Positions 51,629 to 64,000 are shown, counted from the stretch's first letter. The stretch: 64,000 nucleotides of DNA from Curvularia clavata (GCA_023920165.1 CP089276.1:3348001-3412000); one strand, 5' to 3'. Numbers and translations: made by a program. Notes: generated from the sequence alone by a model not told the origin.

Positions 51629-52818
51629 GATGATACTGCAGTGGTGGTGTAGTGCCCGTCAAGTCTGCTGACGCTATGCGACATTTGCGCATCGACCACT
51701 CCGGGATGTCTCCAGCATTGTTTGGACCCTGGCTGGCCCCACACCACACCAGAACTTCCATTCTCCACTATCACTCACAGCTACTCACGCTAATCCGGCT
51801 ACAAGCTCCCGCACATACCTGCCCCACTAAGGATAAGATTCTGGACGAGCGACATGTTACATAAGGTGTCAAACGATGGCTGCAGTGCGACCAAAATGTC
51901 TGAGCATTTGTGGCGTAGCTAGTGTCTCCACCGAACGATGACCACAGTAAAAGGGCAAAGGACCGATTGCTGATACTATGTCGCGCAGCGCTCTCGGGAG
52001 AAGCTCAAACAAAAATATCTCGCTGGTGCTAAGTTCTGGTGGAACCGATAGCGAAATAACAATGCATATGGCCCTTACAAAGGCAAGCCAGTGGCATTTC
52101 ACTGCATAGGCTAAGCTGACATCTGCAATCCCTTCAAAACTTTGCACCCTGGCCGCAGGGAATCTGTATGCTGGCGAAAGTTGGTTCTTCTATGGGTCAA
52201 AGAACCAGCCTAGCCTCGGTGACTTTACATACGTACAAGATCCGTTTCTAGCAGGAGGAGACAAGAGACATCTTGTTGGATGCACGCTCTACTTTCTAAT
52301 TTGGTCCACCGACCGGCCAAGTGGGTCTATAACACACGGAGCTATTACATCATACCGTACTCCCAAGCCTCGGTCCTGCGCCGTATGAGTCTTGTTTGCG
52401 AAGAGGCGAGTCCGATAACAACAAAGCTGCAAAAAGTCTGGTTATGGCGCCGGATTGGCCATTGTGCCAAACCTCGGGATCTGCTCCTAGTGCTTTCCTT
52501 CGTACGAACAGCCCCTGCAATCCAGTTTCTTTACGGCGACTCCGACGCATTGAGATGGGACCAAAATTATACTCAATCCGATTAGCCACATACAAGGCCT
52601 CCGAAGCAGTAGCCCCGCTAATATGGCAGCTAGTGGTCTAGTCTCCGGCGACACAGGTTGCTAAGCGGGCGGTCTTCTATCCTCAATCGTACAGTTGTAC
52701 TAGCAAAACCATCTTGGCATTCAAAGTATAAATGAACTCCTAGTATCCTATTGTCTAGCCCTCAAGTCTCCCATCCACTTGCTTCACCAAAACATACTCG
52801 TAGACAATAAGATACACC

Positions 52819-53817
52819 ATGGACGGCTTCGACAAGAAGACACTCAAGACCTCTCGAGGCTACACTTACACCTACTACACATCCGCTGGAGACTCTTCGC
52901 TCCCAACTCTCTTCTTCCATCACGGTTTTCCTGACCATGCTGCCATGTGGGAACAGGTTGCAACTGGGCTGAAGTCGACCAACCACCCTATTATCATTCC
53001 AGACTTGCTTGGCTATGGCGGAACCGACAAGCCCACTGACCCTGCAGCATACAAGTTCGAACTCATGACCAAGGACATGACTGAAATCCTCGATGCCGAA
53101 GGCGCGCAAAAGTGCATTTCCATTGGCCACGACTGGGGTTCTGCAGCTGCCTCCCGCCTCTACCAGTACCGCCCCGAGCGAGTAGCCGGACTGGTCAACA
53201 TCAATGTGCCTTACATGGCGTTGGCCCGCCAGCCCTTCAATCTCGATGCTTTCAACGCCTTGACAGAGAAGTTCTTCGGCTACCCCGTCTACATGTACTG
53301 GTACCTGCTCACCGCACCAGACGGCCCCGCCGTCCTCGAGGGCGACCTCGAGCTCCTGCACGACATGCTCCATGCCGAGGGCGACACGATGAAAAACTTC
53401 TTCTGCGTCAAGGACGGCATGCGTAATGAGCTCGAGCACAAGACCAAGCACGAATTCACCGTTCGCCCTTACGCAAAGGATCCCGCATTCAAGAAGGCTT
53501 TTGTCGACCGCATGCGCCGTGATGGCTTCGCGGCGCCTGTCTGCTGGTACAGGGCCACAGTCAACAACATTTCCACTGAAACCGACATCAACCTGCCTGA
53601 TGAGAGGAATATCGTCAACGTCCCCACGCTGTACTTTGGTGGCACAGGCGATTTCATCTGCAGACCTGAGATGATGGCCGAGTCGATTCAGAGGGGGCTG
53701 CTCCCTCATTTGGAGAACGCGGGTATGATTGAGGCGGGCCACTGGACGCCGTATGAGGCACCAAATGAGGTTGTGGGTAAGATGGAGGCTTGGTTGAAGA
53801 AGAACTATGCAAAGTAA
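52819..53817 (+). CDS. soluble epoxide hydrolase-like alpha/beta hydrolase
   Basis: HGFPD, PDLLGYGGTDKP, GHDWG, CWYRA and AGHW. Confidence 0.92.
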   Translation: MDGFDKKTLKTSRGYTYTYYTSAGDSSLPTLFFHHGFPDHAAMWEQVATGLKSTNHPIIIPDLLGYGGTDKPTDPAAYKFELMTKDMTEILDAEGAQKCISIGHDWGSAAASRLYQYRPERVAGLVNINVPYMALARQPFNLDAFNALTEKFFGYPVYMYWYLLTAPDGPAVLEGDLELLHDMLHAEGDTMKNFFCVKDGMRNELEHKTKHEFTVRPYAKDPAFKKAFVDRMRRDGFAAPVCWYRATVNNISTETDINLPDERNIVNVPTLYFGGTGDFICRPEMMAESIQRGLLPHLENAGMIEAGHWTPYEAPNEVVGKMEAWLKKNYAK

Positions 53818-54052
53818 AGGGGAGGGGGAAGTAAATATGGGCAGAATATGACAACAAAACATCATTGATTATGTATTTTGAAATAAAAAAATGAACAAAA
53901 GCCTTGAAAGTTACATGTGAGGGTCTCAATAACTGTGTCGTCAAATATATGTTCCCACTGTCATAGTTCTCTCATGAGCCACAAAGACTGCGTCTTGACT
54001 ATAAATTTATTCTTCTGTACATCTCCCTCACTTTTCTCATGTCAATATCTCA

Positions 54053-57045
54053 CTATACAGGCGTAACATGGTTCGCCGGGAAAAGCTTTCCCACACCACA
54101 ATACACGCCCCAATACCAATCACCATTAATATCTGCCGCCTCTCTTATCTCTGCTCCCCTCGGAAAAGCCAGTTCATCATCCACCCCGTCATCCGGCCAG
54201 TACGCCCATCGAGCCAGCAGCCTGAGCCCCAGCCCCCCATCCGCCGGATACCTCGTTACGCGCCCCATATCCTCTTCTTTGAGTGCAAACCCACCGACCA
54301 AATCGCGCACAACGATGCGGCGCTGTGCTCCGTCCCGGTCTTCAAAGCCGACAATGTACATGCGATGGCCTCGTAGACACTTGCGCCACCCGTTTACCCC
54401 GTCTTCCTTGGGGATGCGGCTACTCACGACCAGCTTGTGGTAGCAGCTCATACACATGTCGTAGTCACCCGCGTTGCATTTGAGGCAGTGGAAGCGCGTA
54501 TTGGACGGTGGAATCGGGTACCGGCATACGTTGCAGAGGGTGGTGAAAGTTAGCGGGCGGAAGATGGAGTTCGCGATGGTGAAGTAGCCTGGTCCGCGCA
54601 CTAGAGAGGCGGATTTGGGGGTTAGTGGTGCGGCGACGGGAGTGGTGCCTTCGGGAGTGCTGGGTTCCGGGGGAACAAGGTGCGAGGAGTCCTGGCGGGG
54701 GGTAGAGGGAGCAGAAGGCGTGGTATCGGTGATGGATTGGTGTTCTCTGGTCTTTTTGGCCACTGGAACAAGAGGATGGGTGCAGTGGCGGCCTTGATTC
54801 ACACAGTCGTTACAGTAGCCCCAGTCGCCTTCGTTGCAGTAGTCGCATTTCCAGTAGCAGGCGTTGGCGTAGGCTTTGCAGATTTCGCAGAAGACGCCGA
54901 TTTCGACACGTTGCTTGGGGTCATCTTCGCTCATGAGGACGTGCGGCGGGGTGCTGGACTCAGTGAGCGGTGTCATGGGTCGACGGTAGCGGTGGCCGAT
55001 TAAGATATGGGGCTGCTCGTGGTTAGGGGGATAGCCTCCTTCTGGTGCTTCGCGTTCATAGCGGGACCATGCTGTCCAGCCGAAACCGAACCAGTGTTTA
55101 CATCCCTTGCCCAGACGATAACAGCGGATGCAGATGTTGTACTCGCCACCATCGCAGCGACCGCAGTTGTAGTGCAGCTCGTATTGGATGTCGCTCTTAT
55201 TACAGCGCTGGCACGTGATGTTGGGTTCTGTGTAGAGTATAGGTGCAATTGAGGATGAGGCCGAAGTTTGCCTGGACCGGGGAAGTGGGACACTCAAATC
55301 TGTGGCGGAACGAGAGATTGGGGGAGATGCTATCAGTGGTGGAGTCCCGTTGTTGGAAGTTCGTGATACAGTAATGCGGGCAGGATCAGTCGTACGACGA
55401 GATGTTGGTGGATGGGAAGACGCAATTACGGGTGTGGAGGAAGATGTGGGTGCAATTGAAGTTCCTACGGTAGCCAAAGAGCTTGTTGGACTACCACGGC
55501 CAGGTATGTTGAAGTCCAGCCCTTGGGGTGAGCTGGGATTGGAGCTGGCGTTAGATTGCAAACTGTCACGAAATTGCTGACGCGCATCGAGTCGGCTTCG
55601 CTGCTGATTATCTGACTGGCGTCGCTGTGCTGCTGGTGCCGCATCCGATATCGATACTCGTTCACTACTACTGTTGTTCTGCGAACCCCCAAGGGTCAAG
55701 TTTGGGGTTGGACGTTCTAACCTTCTCGCTGAGCGTGAGCTGCCTTGGCTTGAGGATCGTTGACGTGGTGCCCTTCCACCGCGGTTCGCAGCATCAATCA
55801 AGCCTGGTCGTGATACCGGTGGTCGCAAACTAGCTTGGGGTATTGCTGATCCGCTTTCTGATCTACCGTGATGTCTCCTACGTGGCGCATCCTCGTCGCG
55901 TAGATGAGGACTGCGTGCGGGCTGAGGAAGAAGTGGGGATGATGTGCTTGTGATGCCATCCCTTGCCAGACGGTCTCTCCTTTCCCTTCGCTCTCGTTGC
56001 CGCTCAGCGAGTCTGCTTGCCTGCCGCCGCCGCACTGCTTCAGCAATTCTTTCTGTAATCTCCTCCTCTTGCGCAGTGCCAATCTGGTTTAGGTCGAAAC
56101 CCTCGGATACCAGCTCCTCCAGTACCTGCCGTACGAGGTCCTCATCCACATCTTCGGTATCTAGATCGGAAGAGCTCAGCAAAGAGCGCAGACTCGACTG
56201 GTGTTCAACAGCCCTAGGCGGCCTCGAAGTCCTGGGTGGAGATGCGCCAGATTGGTTGCGGCTGGCCGACGGCCTTGTGTCCCGACTTGTCCGCGAGTCT
56301 GTACTAGTAGCGCGACTCCTTTCTCTCCTTCTGCGCTCCCTGGATGGCCGTAGGTTGTTATTGTTTCCCGATATGCCCGCGTCTCTCAAACTAAGCTGTT
56401 GGGCCTCCTCCAACATTCGCTGATCAACGTCATCGCGTTCGTCTCGTCGCCTAAGCTTGGGAAGCACATTATCACCTGGCTTGTACTTGTTTCGGTCCGC
56501 CTGTTTTTCTTCCTCAGTCTTGCCTCTATCGGGGTTGGATTTTATGAAGATGTCGAGAAGCGTAGTGACAGTCGCATTGGGCTGCGTAGTGCGCACCGAG
56601 GCGCGGCAGGACGGACAAGTGTATGGATGGATGGATGTGGCAGTAGAGGCCTGAAAAGCAAACCATTCTTTCAGACAGGCGCCGCAAAAGGTGTGAAGGC
56701 AATCAAGAAGCGTCAACGGTTGGTAGAGTAGGTCGGTACAGATCTGAGCGCAGCGCAGTTAGCAGGCGCAGCCCTGTGGCTCAAGAGATGTGTGAGAGAG
56801 GCTGGAAAGAACAAAGCAATTCTGCTAATAAACTTTTTACATGTCCATCGGTTCCTGTGCTTCCTCCTTGGAGCCTTCTGGTAGCCTTCAAACTCAGGCC
56901 TGGCACCGTGACAGCCGTGCCGCCTTCTCGCGGGACCACTCCCCCACCTCTGCGCCACTGCGAAACCTGAACCTCGACTTACCGAGCACGTTAATTCCTT
57001 TTCCAGGTCGCCCTGGACGCCGCCAGCGCGCTCGCCCTCTGCCAT
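54053..57045 (-). CDS. RING (C3HC4) + ZZ-type zinc fingers + C-terminal SH3 protein, putative E3 ligase
   Basis: Exon 57045-56983, intron 56982-56744. Spliced CSICTDLLYQPLTLLDCLHTFCGAC...CPSC, three Cys-rich ZZ-like clusters, and SH3 DELAFPRG...DWYWG...LFPANHV. Confidence 0.9.
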
Positions 57046-57619
57046 TTTTGGTCGCAGGCGGAATGTCGTGAAGGGTCGTCATCAGCTGCGAAAGGTGCGG
57101 TCTAGCTGGCTAGCTAGCTGAGCTGTGTGCGGTCAGCGACTCGATGCCCACCATGCACTTGGCGAGGCACCGACTTGGGCGAGGGGACGTGTCATAGGCT
57201 GCCAGCGCATGTGCCCGTTCAAGCAATGCACCGCATCCAAGGAAATGGAACCGCCCTCTCCATTCTGCAGCATCCACTCGTGGGCTGACGTCCTGCAGAG
57301 CCCGACGTCACGCGACTTAGTGTCGTGCTTGGTGCCAGAGGCCGATATATGCCCGACCATGACAGAAAGCCTCCCAGTATTTGTCGCGGTTCACCTCAGG
57401 ATCTACAGGCCCCTCATACTCGTACTGTCTTGAACTCGGCACTTGGCTGCGCCCTTCAAGCTTTCTGATCCTGGTTGCCTCATGCTCTGGGCACCGTTTC
57501 GACTGTGCGACAGTGGCCAGGGCACCAACTCCTGGTCAAAGCAAACGCGAAACAGGACCACATTATTGGGTCGTGCCGGATATACAGCAACCGGGTATAT
57601 CAGGTATCCAGATCTTTGG

Positions 57620-57643
57620 GCCTGAGGTTTCGAAACCTCAGGC
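57620..57643. repeat. perfect 24-bp palindrome GCCTGAGGTTTCGAAACCTCAGGC
   Basis: The sequence equals its own reverse complement. Confidence 0.95.
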
Positions 57644-57804
57644 AAATAACTGTGATGGAGCCGAGACACTTGCATATCAGAAGGCTGTCGAGAACAATGA
57701 TCGTGTGATTTGTTAAGAGCTCTCTTCTTCTCAGTATTGATTGAATCTTGGGTTGATAGTCTCAAGTCTATATGGACATGAAGAAGCGCGTAGAACAACT
57801 TTGT

Positions 57805-59713
57805 TCATGTGAACTTGAGAAGTTGTGGCTGTGGAAGAAAAGTCATGCTTACATCGCTCATCAGACCGTCCAAGTAGCAGTCCCCTAGAAGTCTCCACGA
57901 ATCTCCGGCTCGCCTAATGACAAACGGCACCGCGCATCCTGCGAGGAAGCATATCTCATCGCCTGGCTTTGCAGCCTGCGGTATCCAGGCCAGCTTGCCT
58001 GTTTCTGTGACGCAAAACTTCCGACCTTGTGAAAGCTCAGCAAAGCGGCTCTCATACTCGAAATAGCGACGGTTGGAACTTTCAGAGCCCTCAAAAACAG
58101 CTCTGTGTCTGTCATCTTGTTGTGTTGTCTGTAGCATCCTCTTTCGTAGTGCTTGGAATCCTCCGATATACTCTGCAATTGTTGCATCGTTTTGTCTTGA
58201 CAAGGCGCCACATACCATCGTGCGGCAGAATGCCGCCAGCAATCGATGCCTGCGACATGCTGCATTCTTTGATCGGGCTAATACATAGCACATGTACTGC
58301 CAATTCAACATACCTTCGCCCCATTTATGCGAGACCTGCAGAGGGTTTCGTTCTTCTCGTCGGACGTTTGACAGTACATCTTCCATATAGGGCATAGAAT
58401 CAACAATGACCGAGGGTTTGTCGACGAAGACTCCAGAGATGGACATTGTCTACATGGTTAGATGTTTCAAATCATGAAAAGCTGAGCCCTAGACATACCC
58501 TATTCTCGATAATGGCATCTTGGTACGGATGATCAAAGAAGGATATTCCCAGATAATAGTCCGTTAAAGGAGCGAACCTGATGCCATTTGGTCTCCAATC
58601 TGGGACCCAGCTTGGCAGCTGTGATTCACTCAGCGAGTAGCACTTGCAAGCTAGGAACCTGCTCGATCGATATGTCTTATTTCCCAACGAAATGCGACTT
58701 GGCTGACTGGAAACCTTCGAATGCACAGGTTGTTCAAGTGCTATTGGATGAGTAAGTGCTATTTTCGCGACTTCAGTGTAGACTTCCACTATATCCTTGC
58801 TGTAATCGATCAAATCCATTGGGAGCATGGTTTGAAGAGACAATAATGCGAAAACCCGATCTCTTTCGTCTGTTGCCTCCAGCAAATGACTTCGCTTCCA
58901 TATGTCGTCTATGTCAATGTCTTCCTTTCTAACAAAATATTCATTGTCTTGGGTAATACAAAGATGCAATGGTCTTTGACGAAGCGTTGCTGCTGATAAT
59001 CCACTTTCAGTCTGTATTGCAAAGACATTTTGGATTTCAACGCAAACATTTGTAGCAATAGCGCAATGCATGAGGACTTTTGTCGGTATTTCCACGGCTC
59101 CAGACATGAAAACGGACTCCTTCGCGCTCGAAAACTCTTGCGCAATCCAGACACGTCCAAACCAGGGGCGAATGAGCAAGGACGCCCATCCAACCCATCC
59201 TGTGTCAAAATAAGGCATACCTAATTCCCTCAAACTCTTATCTCGTAACTCTCCCGTGAATAAGAGCTCTGGATGTTTCTGGAAGAAGGTGTTCATCAAA
59301 CGAGCGCCATCTTTGTCGAAATCTTGCTCCTCGCCAAGCCAGAATATCACCTTAGCAGCTCTACTAAATATACCTCGCATCATGGCCACTTGTGCACTCT
59401 TCTCTTCGTCATCCTGCTGATTGATACAAAGCGCATCCACCCAGAGTAGGCAGTCGAATCCCTGTTGTAACAGCTGGGATAACGCGCTGTGTAGATTGGG
59501 TGTGATTGATACTTGATGTCCGTTGCAAGAGATCCAGCGTTGTGGTGTGGGACTGCCCCATACGTAAGACAACGCATTGAATTTGATTGCTGAACTGAGG
59601 CGGAAGGATTTTAATATCACTTCAATGCCGTTCTCATCGTTCCTAGGTTTGAGGCGGATTAGGCGGATAGTATCTTGGTGCTGAAGTGGGGCGTAAAGCG
59701 GCGTGGAAGTCAT
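57805..59713 (-). CDS. HET-domain (heterokaryon incompatibility, HET-6-like) protein, about 619 aa
   Basis: IRLIRL, ALSYVWG, LWVDALCINQ, EKSAQVAMM, WFGRVWIAQE, DRVFALL, LPSWVPDW and GDEICFLAGCAVPFVIR...LLGDCY. Intron 58498-58450. Confidence 0.93.
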
Positions 59714-60457
59714 GACTGAGACGTTGTATGCCGAATGCTGCGCCTGATTGTCATACCATAATACTCAGGCAATCAGACGGATTTGGAACATTTGAGTTTC
59801 TTCCAAAACACTATAGAATAGTGAAAGTTGTAATAAAAATGCAATGGCCTCTAGATTTGAATACTGGCTGGTTAATAGCCCCTTTATCTGCGCATCTGGC
59901 TCGGCTCAGCCTTGCTGGAGGAGTAGGGGTACATGGACTGATGCCTTAGCCTGAGAACAAATAAGTGAGAATACGGTCCGCAGGTGGGGTCATCGTTGTT
60001 GCATACGTAGGCTAAGTGCACGACGACAAGGCACAGTAAGGAGAATATGTTGATGGTTGCATGGTGAGTGTCAGCTACCCCAAGTACTGATCTATACCAA
60101 GGCGCTATCCCAAACGAGGGCATAGTCGTCAGGGATACAGTAGTTGGCGTGCGCCTTCTCTGTTCATCTCCGCAGCCTCGTCATATCATTACACTTTGCA
60201 CAATAAAGAACGAATGAATCATAAGATTGGCAGGCTAATACCTTTTTATTTTCGTAATCTAGCATCTCCGCTAGCAGTACATACAGCTAAGAATATAAAC
60301 TTATTTCCCCCTCCACTGACGACCATTACCTTCCTTAAGCCACTATTTACATGCTAAAAGAGTGACAAAGTTGTGACCAGCACTTTGCAACAAGTCCCTC
60401 CAACATCAATTCTGATATGTCATTACAATTTGTGACGTGAGCTCCTTGGTCAACACT

Positions 60458-61768
60458 CTAAGCCCGGGCGCCATTCTGTTGACCAGCTGCAGCACCGTTC
60501 TGCTTGCCGGCCGCAGCACCGTTCGCACCATTTTGCTTTCCAGTGGCAGCACCGTTAGCACCTTGTGCTCGTTGGCCTTGTTGCGCAGCCTGACCTTGCT
60601 GGGCAGTCTGGCCTTGCTGAGCAGCCTGACCTTGCTGAGCAGCCTGACCTTGCTGAGCAGCCTGGCCTTGCTGAGCCGCCTGGCCTTGCTGAGCCGCCTG
60701 GCCTTGCTGAGCCGCTTGACCTTGCTGGGCAGTCTGACCTTGCTGAGCAGTCTGGCCTTGCTGAGCAGCCTGACCTTGCTGAGCGGCTTGACCTTGCTGG
60801 GCAGCCTGACCTTGCTGAGCAGCCTGACCTTGCTGAGCAGCCTGGCCTTGCTGAGCGGTTTGTCCAGCGGCTCCGTTAGCGGTGCCTGCAGCGCCGGTAT
60901 TACCAGTACCAGCATTACCAGTGCCAGCTGCGGCGTTGCCAGTACCGACATTGCCAGTTCCAGCGTTACCAGTGCCAGCATTGCCAGTGCCGGCTCCATT
61001 CTGAACCAATCCATTGCCGGTTCCTTGAGCAAGGGCCTGAGCAGCTGCAAAAGCGGCAGCAGGGCTACCTGCAGGCTGGCCGGGCTGGGTAGGACCAGTT
61101 CCTTGGACACCACCTTGTACACCAGTCTGGTCACAGACAGTGGGGCGGACAGCCTGGCTAGAGGAGCCAGTAGAGGCCATGTAGGCATCAATGTTGGGAA
61201 GAACGTTGACACAACGGTTCTGGTTGATCAAGTCAATGTTGCCAGCGGCAGCCTTGCCCTGAATGGACATTTGCTGAAGCTTGTCGACGACATCCTGGAA
61301 AGAACCGCCAGTGGCAAGAGTGCTGTTGGCGGCAATGACGTTGGGGTCATTGCCGTTAGCAGCGTCGATGATGGCCTTGTGGTTGAGCTCGTCAACCTCA
61401 GCATTGAAGGCAACGGTAGCAGCCTGCTTGAAGGCAACGTTGTTCTGGATGCTGGCACCGGTGTTGAGGAAGTTGGAGACCATGGAGGTATCGGCCATCC
61501 AGTTGGAGACTGCAGTGGCAAGGTCATTCGCGGTGGGAGTTTGACCGTTCTTAAGACCAGCCCCCAGACCAGTAGGCTGGTTTTGAGCGCCCTGGGCTCC
61601 GTTCTGAGCACCCTGTCCCTGACGCTGGCCGCCATTTTGGGCCTGGCCGTTCTGGTTCTGCTGACCAGTCGCGCCTGCGCCACGGTTACCAGCACCGCCC
61701 TGGACCTGCGCGAAAGGAGCAGCGTAAGCCGCGGAGGTGAGGAGAGAGGCGATGAGAATGTACTTCAT
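60458..61768 (-). CDS. secreted protein with a helical core and Gly/Gln/Asn/Ala tandem repeats
   Basis: Signal peptide MKYILIASLLTSAAYA, a core of about 150 aa with two Cys, GTGNA pentapeptides, 16 QQGQ[ATR]A hexapeptides and strong codon bias. Confidence 0.88.
   Translation of the reverse strand: MKYILIASLLTSAAYAAPFAQVQGGAGNRGAGATGQQNQNGQAQNGGQRQGQGAQNGAQGAQNQPTGLGAGLKNGQTPTANDLATAVSNWMADTSMVSNFLNTGASIQNNVAFKQAATVAFNAEVDELNHKAIIDAANGNDPNVIAANSTLATGGSFQDVVDKLQQMSIQGKAAAGNIDLINQNRCVNVLPNIDAYMASTGSSSQAVRPTVCDQTGVQGGVQGTGPTQPGQPAGSPAAAFAAAQALAQGTGNGLVQNGAGTGNAGTGNAGTGNVGTGNAAAGTGNAGTGNTGAAGTANGAAGQTAQQGQAAQQGQAAQQGQAAQQGQAAQQGQAAQQGQTAQQGQTAQQGQAAQQGQAAQQGQAAQQGQAAQQGQAAQQGQAAQQGQTAQQGQAAQQGQRAQGANGAATGKQNGANGAAAGKQNGAAAGQQNGARA
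60565..60865 (-). repeat. 18-bp coding minisatellite, about 16 units (QQGQAA)
   Basis: Plus-strand unit ccttgctgagcagcctg[ag] repeated with few substitutions. Confidence 0.95.
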
Positions 61769-62971
61769 AATGACTGTGGAGCGGATCTACCGTTTTTGAA
61801 TGAATAAGATTATGTAGAAGGAATGTTAGAAATGCTGAGAGAACGAAATCAAAGATATTAGCCTGTTAGTGATTGAGGAACCTGTCCGATGGCGGTTCAA
61901 TGGGTGGTGGGTCAAAGACTATTTGTACTCGGGTGCTGCTTCCCCTGTGCTGCTCCCCCAGACATGACGATCGTAAGTGCATGACAAGACATGCCGAGAG
62001 ATGCAGGCGATAGTCAGATGATGTAACAGACAAGATACCAAGCTTTTCTTGATACGCCAAACAGTGAGCGGAATGCTTGATGCAACAGTTTCGAAGCATC
62101 ATGTTTGGTGCATCAAGTATCTTCAGGGTCTAGAAGGAAACCAAGCGAGTGCCCGTTGTCCAGAACTGCACACAACCCACTTTGTCTTGCTTAAGGCACT
62201 ATGCTGAATCCGAAAGCGGAATTAGTCACCAATGTTTGGTCTGCCGGTGTCACAGTTTTGGCAGCGTCTGGGAAAAGGTTTCGTTGGCCTTGGCGCGCGA
62301 ACTTAACGCCTTCGCAGCAGATCACCCGCCCGGCCATGTGTCGAAACTCATTCCTAAACGACCCACATCCATCCAGGGATCGATGCAGATTTGCCGTGCT
62401 TATCCAAAGCCCATTGGGCTTCTGCTGAATGATTGCTTGCAGATTGAAAATGGGCCCATGAGTCGCCAATATGCTGTGCGAAATACGATGAATACGGAAT
62501 GCTGCGCGACAAACGGCAGATACGTTTCCAACCAATGCACAAGAGATCTCGCCTGCATGTGTTTTATCACTGGACCACTCTCGCACCAGTAGGAGTCGCT
62601 ATTCTAGAAAATTCCTGGAATAGCTGTGTAGGGAGAAAACCCTCGAGTATGCTTTGATACGCGCTAGAGTACAACTATATGTGTCACCAACCTTCTTGAT
62701 GCAGACAGATAACACGAAAACATCGAATGCATGATGCTGAGTAAATGTTCCCGTATCACACATGCAATACTATACAGCATGGCACGGCGTATAGCTGAGA
62801 GCAAGGACGCAAGGTAGCGCAGGCAACGGGAGTGATGAAACATGCAGGTTTAGGCAGCGAGCCAATGTCGAATGATCAACCCGTTGCATTGACTCAAATA
62901 CTCATGGCGGAGAGAAGCCCGTGGTCGGAGGCGTCGTGATCGCGTATAGTATCCGGCCAGTGACAGTCCCT

Positions 62972-63678
62972 CTACGGCCCCTTGTCCTGTGTAGGATCCA
63001 TACTTGTCTCAATCTTGCGAATAAAACGGGCAGGATTACCAGCAACCACCGTGAAATCGGGAACGCTCTTTGTGACAATGCTGCCAGCACCAACAACGCT
63101 GCCCTTCCCGATGGTGACCCCTGGTAGTATACATACGTTCCCGCCAATCCAGCAGTCCTCTCCAATGTGTATTTCCTTGCCAAGCTCAGGTCCCTGGGTA
63201 CCGTTGCGAAGGGCAGGATCAAGAGGATGAGCGGCGGAGTAAAAACTACAGTTTGGACCGACAAGCGTACGCGAGCCGATGGTGATCAGACATGTGTCCA
63301 GAAAGACAGAGTTGAAGTTGACAAAGATATTCTCGCCAAAACGGACATTATATCCATAGTCCATGGCTACAGGCGGCTCGATCCATGGGTCATTTTCAAA
63401 CAGCTTGTCGTCTTCTTCTGTTGGTTGTACTTGTGGGGGTAGAGGGGTCTTGTCTTGGATGATGCTGGACAAAAAGTGTGAAAATAAAACCTTGCTATTG
63501 CAGTGGCTTACACATACTCTCGAAACAATTCGGTTAGTTTCCTTCGTGAGACGTCTCCGGCCTTGTTGTATCTGGCACAGGCATGTTTGCATCTGGCCCG
63601 CTCAGCTACCAGCTCCGGTGCGAAGGCGTAGTAGAGCTCGCCTCTCTCCTTACGCGCTTTGTTTTCGACGGCATCCAT
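62972..63678 (-). CDS. maltose/galactoside O-acetyltransferase (hexapeptide repeat, Maa-like)
   Basis: GELYYAF, DYGYNV, IGEDCWIGGNVCILPGVTIG and VVAGNPAR. Intron 63517-63465. Confidence 0.93.
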
Positions 63679-64000
63679 GGTAGATTTATGCAAAATTGTG
63701 ATAGTCTGTCTATAGTTTGGGAAACGTTACACTGGATGATGGTTGAGGCCAGAAGTTGCGGGGATGAATGTCAGCAAGCTATGCCACGATGGGACTAGCG
63801 TGCGGATCTCATGGACTTCCGGCTGACAAGATGCGCCATAGAGAACAATGGTCAAAAGTCTAACATTCCTTCGAGCATTGCTATTGTCCTGCCCTGCTGC
63901 AACTCGGGCAACATTCCCGCAGTTGTACGTCTTTTTCTTTGGTGCTGTATAAAACCATGTTCGCAACACCGTCCTCTGCACTTTCGTGACAATACTTCGA

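Noticed and set aside
52762..53865. 367-aa ORF antisense to the epoxide hydrolase
   Set aside because: Codon-registered shadow of a high-GC3 gene with no recognisable motif.
60565..60865. Periodic repeats as a CRISPR-like array
   Set aside because: Contiguous 18-bp coding units with no unique spacers, in a eukaryotic gene.
60437..61807. 456-aa Leu/Ser-rich ORF antisense to the secreted repeat gene
   Set aside because: Non-ATG start. It mirrors the sense codons, whose bias avoids TTA/CTA/TCA, and LLSSLA is just the reverse complement of the QQGQAA array.

Overview
A 64-kb, gene-dense region of a filamentous ascomycete genome with spliceosomal GT-AG introns and CTRAC-type branch points. A Dothideomycete/Pleosporales origin is my inference. 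The conserved backbone comprises a RING/RS-rich protein, PRO3, CTK3, mitochondrial L7/L12, intronless midasin MDN1, a Zn-dependent ADH, MET2, CEM1, a NiCoT nickel permease, a CAF1/PARN-like nuclease, PEX26, PHS1, three alpha/beta hydrolases, an EVE-domain protein, a RING-ZZ-SH3 protein, a secreted Gln/Gly repeat protein and a sugar O-acetyltransferase. Three fungal nonself-recognition/cell-death-type genes are interspersed: a HeLo-like + ankyrin gene with no visible NTPase, a NACHT-ankyrin NLR, and a HET-domain gene. The best lead is at 34.9-38.9 kb. The NLR has a 40-codon first exon, absent from the ORF track, that encodes a HET-s/HRAM-like amyloid signalling motif (QEIHGVSTQNHSQAFVG). About 1.2 kb downstream on the same strand, a putative two-exon 92-aa gene ends in a similarly spaced motif (TTQNADLVFIG). 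A decayed Est1-like gene fragment abuts the NLR stop codon. No tRNA, rRNA, CRISPR or intact transposon was recognised. Gene models were built by eye and no database searches were run.
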